NCBI GenBank assembly: GCA_001687465.1
Contig: LVLI01000166.1
Location: 1 to 64,000 of the forward strand
Origin: Halocafeteria seosinensis
Lineage: Eukaryota
Length of the DNA: 64,000 nucleotides
Direction: 5' to 3'
The notes beneath the pieces were generated by a model that saw nothing but the letters and a program-made list of their open reading frames with translations, had not been told where the DNA came from and searched no databases. Every line of letters begins with the position of its first letter. Position 1 is the first letter of the stretch. The position numbers and the translations under genes are program-made. This document shows positions 62,922 through 64,000 of the stretch, one piece after another.

Positions 62922-63998
62922 TCATTCATCACTTTCTTCGTCGTCCTCGTCACTGCCTTCATCCTCCTGACTCTCGCTGGGATCCTTAAGTAGAACAAAA
63001 AAGAACTCGGCGGGGACTTCTTTTGAGTGGTTAATGATGTTGTATTCCGTATACGTCGGAACGAAAAATGTGTCGCCTTCACTCAATAAGGTATGCTTAT
63101 TTTGTATGGTTAGCTGTATGCTCTTCGGTTGACACTGAGATATGAAGAACATTTGACACTTCCCCGCACTAGCCTCCTTGCCTTTCTTGCCTTTGGGCTC
63201 CAACCGGAGAATGCCAGATACAAATTGCGGATTGTCTAATGAAGCGGCTCCCGAAGACTTGCCTTCTTGACTCAGTTCTCTGAACTCAAGATTTGCGTAC
63301 CTTCCCCAGGCGCGTGCAGTATAGTCTGGGCCCATGTCATTTTGGACGTGGAAATCAGCTTCGTCACTGAATTTGATGTTCTTCGGAAGTGACGAAGAAG
63401 GGAGCGGTTTATGTCTAGCGGATTCTTCAGGAGAGACGGGTTGGGGATCCTTTTTCTTCCGCTTTTGCTGCTGCTTCTTGGCAAGTCCCTTGCGTGCACT
63501 CTGTTTATATTCCTGATCAGGAGACCCAATGCCGAGCATTTCCGCGCGCTCAGCTACAGGTAGCTGGTCACCAAAGCCATCGTCAGGATCCTCCCGCCTG
63601 TATTTCAACCGTTCAGATTGCCAAAATTTGAGTGGATTCCAGCGTCGGCGTTTAGATCGACGTATGCCTTTGCGTTCTTCTTCTTCCTGAGCCCGTTTCA
63701 ATTCTTCAGACGAATGTACCCCCACTCCAAGCGATTTTCTTATCTTCTTAGGATCGGTGCCACCAGGCGTTCGCTGTAGTGGCTCGCTTTCGTCATCTTC
63801 CATTGAGTCATTTGCTTCAGCTTCAGCTTCTTCCTCCTGTATGTGGCTTCGTCTGGACGATGCCCCTCCAATGTTGGCCTGCGCTTGCTTCTTCGGCTTC
63901 GGAGCAGCTTTCGACTTCTTCGTAGCCGCACTTGCGGCTTTTCCAGACGCTGCAAAACTGCTCTTGGTTTTCTTCTTTGGTGATTTCTTGACTGATTG
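62922..63998 (-). CDS. CENPC: Centromere protein C (Mif2/CENP-C), 3' part; the gene begins outside the window
   Basis: CENP-C motif GIRRSKRRRWNPLKFWQSERLKY and C-terminal cupin (FVSGILRLEPKGKK...GDTFFVPTYTEYNIIN...AEFFFV). The frame stays open to the window edge. Confidence 0.9.
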   Translation of the reverse strand, partial: QSVKKSPKKKTKSSFAASGKAASAATKKSKAAPKPKKQAQANIGGASSRRSHIQEEEAEAEANDSMEDDESEPLQRTPGGTDPKKIRKSLGVGVHSSEELKRAQEEEERKGIRRSKRRRWNPLKFWQSERLKYRREDPDDGFGDQLPVAERAEMLGIGSPDQEYKQSARKGLAKKQQQKRKKKDPQPVSPEESARHKPLPSSSLPKNIKFSDEADFHVQNDMGPDYTARAWGRYANLEFRELSQEGKSSGAASLDNPQFVSGILRLEPKGKKGKEASAGKCQMFFISQCQPKSIQLTIQNKHTLLSEGDTFFVPTYTEYNIINHSKEVPAEFFFVLLKDPSESQEDEGSDEDDEESDE

Positions 63999-64000
63999 TA

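Noticed and set aside
1..64000. CRISPR arrays, transposases, reverse transcriptases, Fanzor/TnpB or viral genes
   Set aside because: No spaced direct repeats, and no DDE, RT, RuvC or capsid motifs were seen in the ORFs.

Overview
Compact, gene-dense eukaryotic nuclear DNA with short GT-AG introns (mostly about 55-90 nt) and very short intergenic spacers. Ciliary genes (two B9D2-like genes, a TPPP/p25-like gene, an ARL GTPase) point to a flagellated protist; a stramenopile is my tentative guess and is not proven. About 30 protein-coding genes were reconstructed by eye. Recognisable ones: TRM5, a CISD3/MiNT-like CDGSH protein, cytosolic aspartyl-tRNA synthetase, SDS3-like, DOHH, B9D2 x2, a mitochondrial-type RRM protein, a giant AP2-like protein, two tandem Cys-rich paralogs, a degenerate ARL, APC4, RPS27, an IQ-repeat protein, two head-to-head membrane RING proteins, a two-RRM protein, a PH-FERM-WW protein, a Gfo/Idh/MocA oxidoreductase, an inositol 5-phosphatase-C2-CaaX protein, alkaline ceramidase, a TFIIIC subunit 6-like protein, a TPPP-like protein, a GH56 hyaluronidase-like enzyme and partial CENP-C. 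I found no tRNA, rRNA, CRISPR array or transposase. The best leads are a natural His-to-Cys NEET cluster site, an insertion-split AP2 domain, a long structured first intron with a cryptic PTC-generating acceptor, an IQ protein with a p97 SHP box, an uncharacterised Cys/His-rich paralog pair behind a TTTGAA cluster, and a protist GH56. All calls come from manual motif recognition; no database searches were run.
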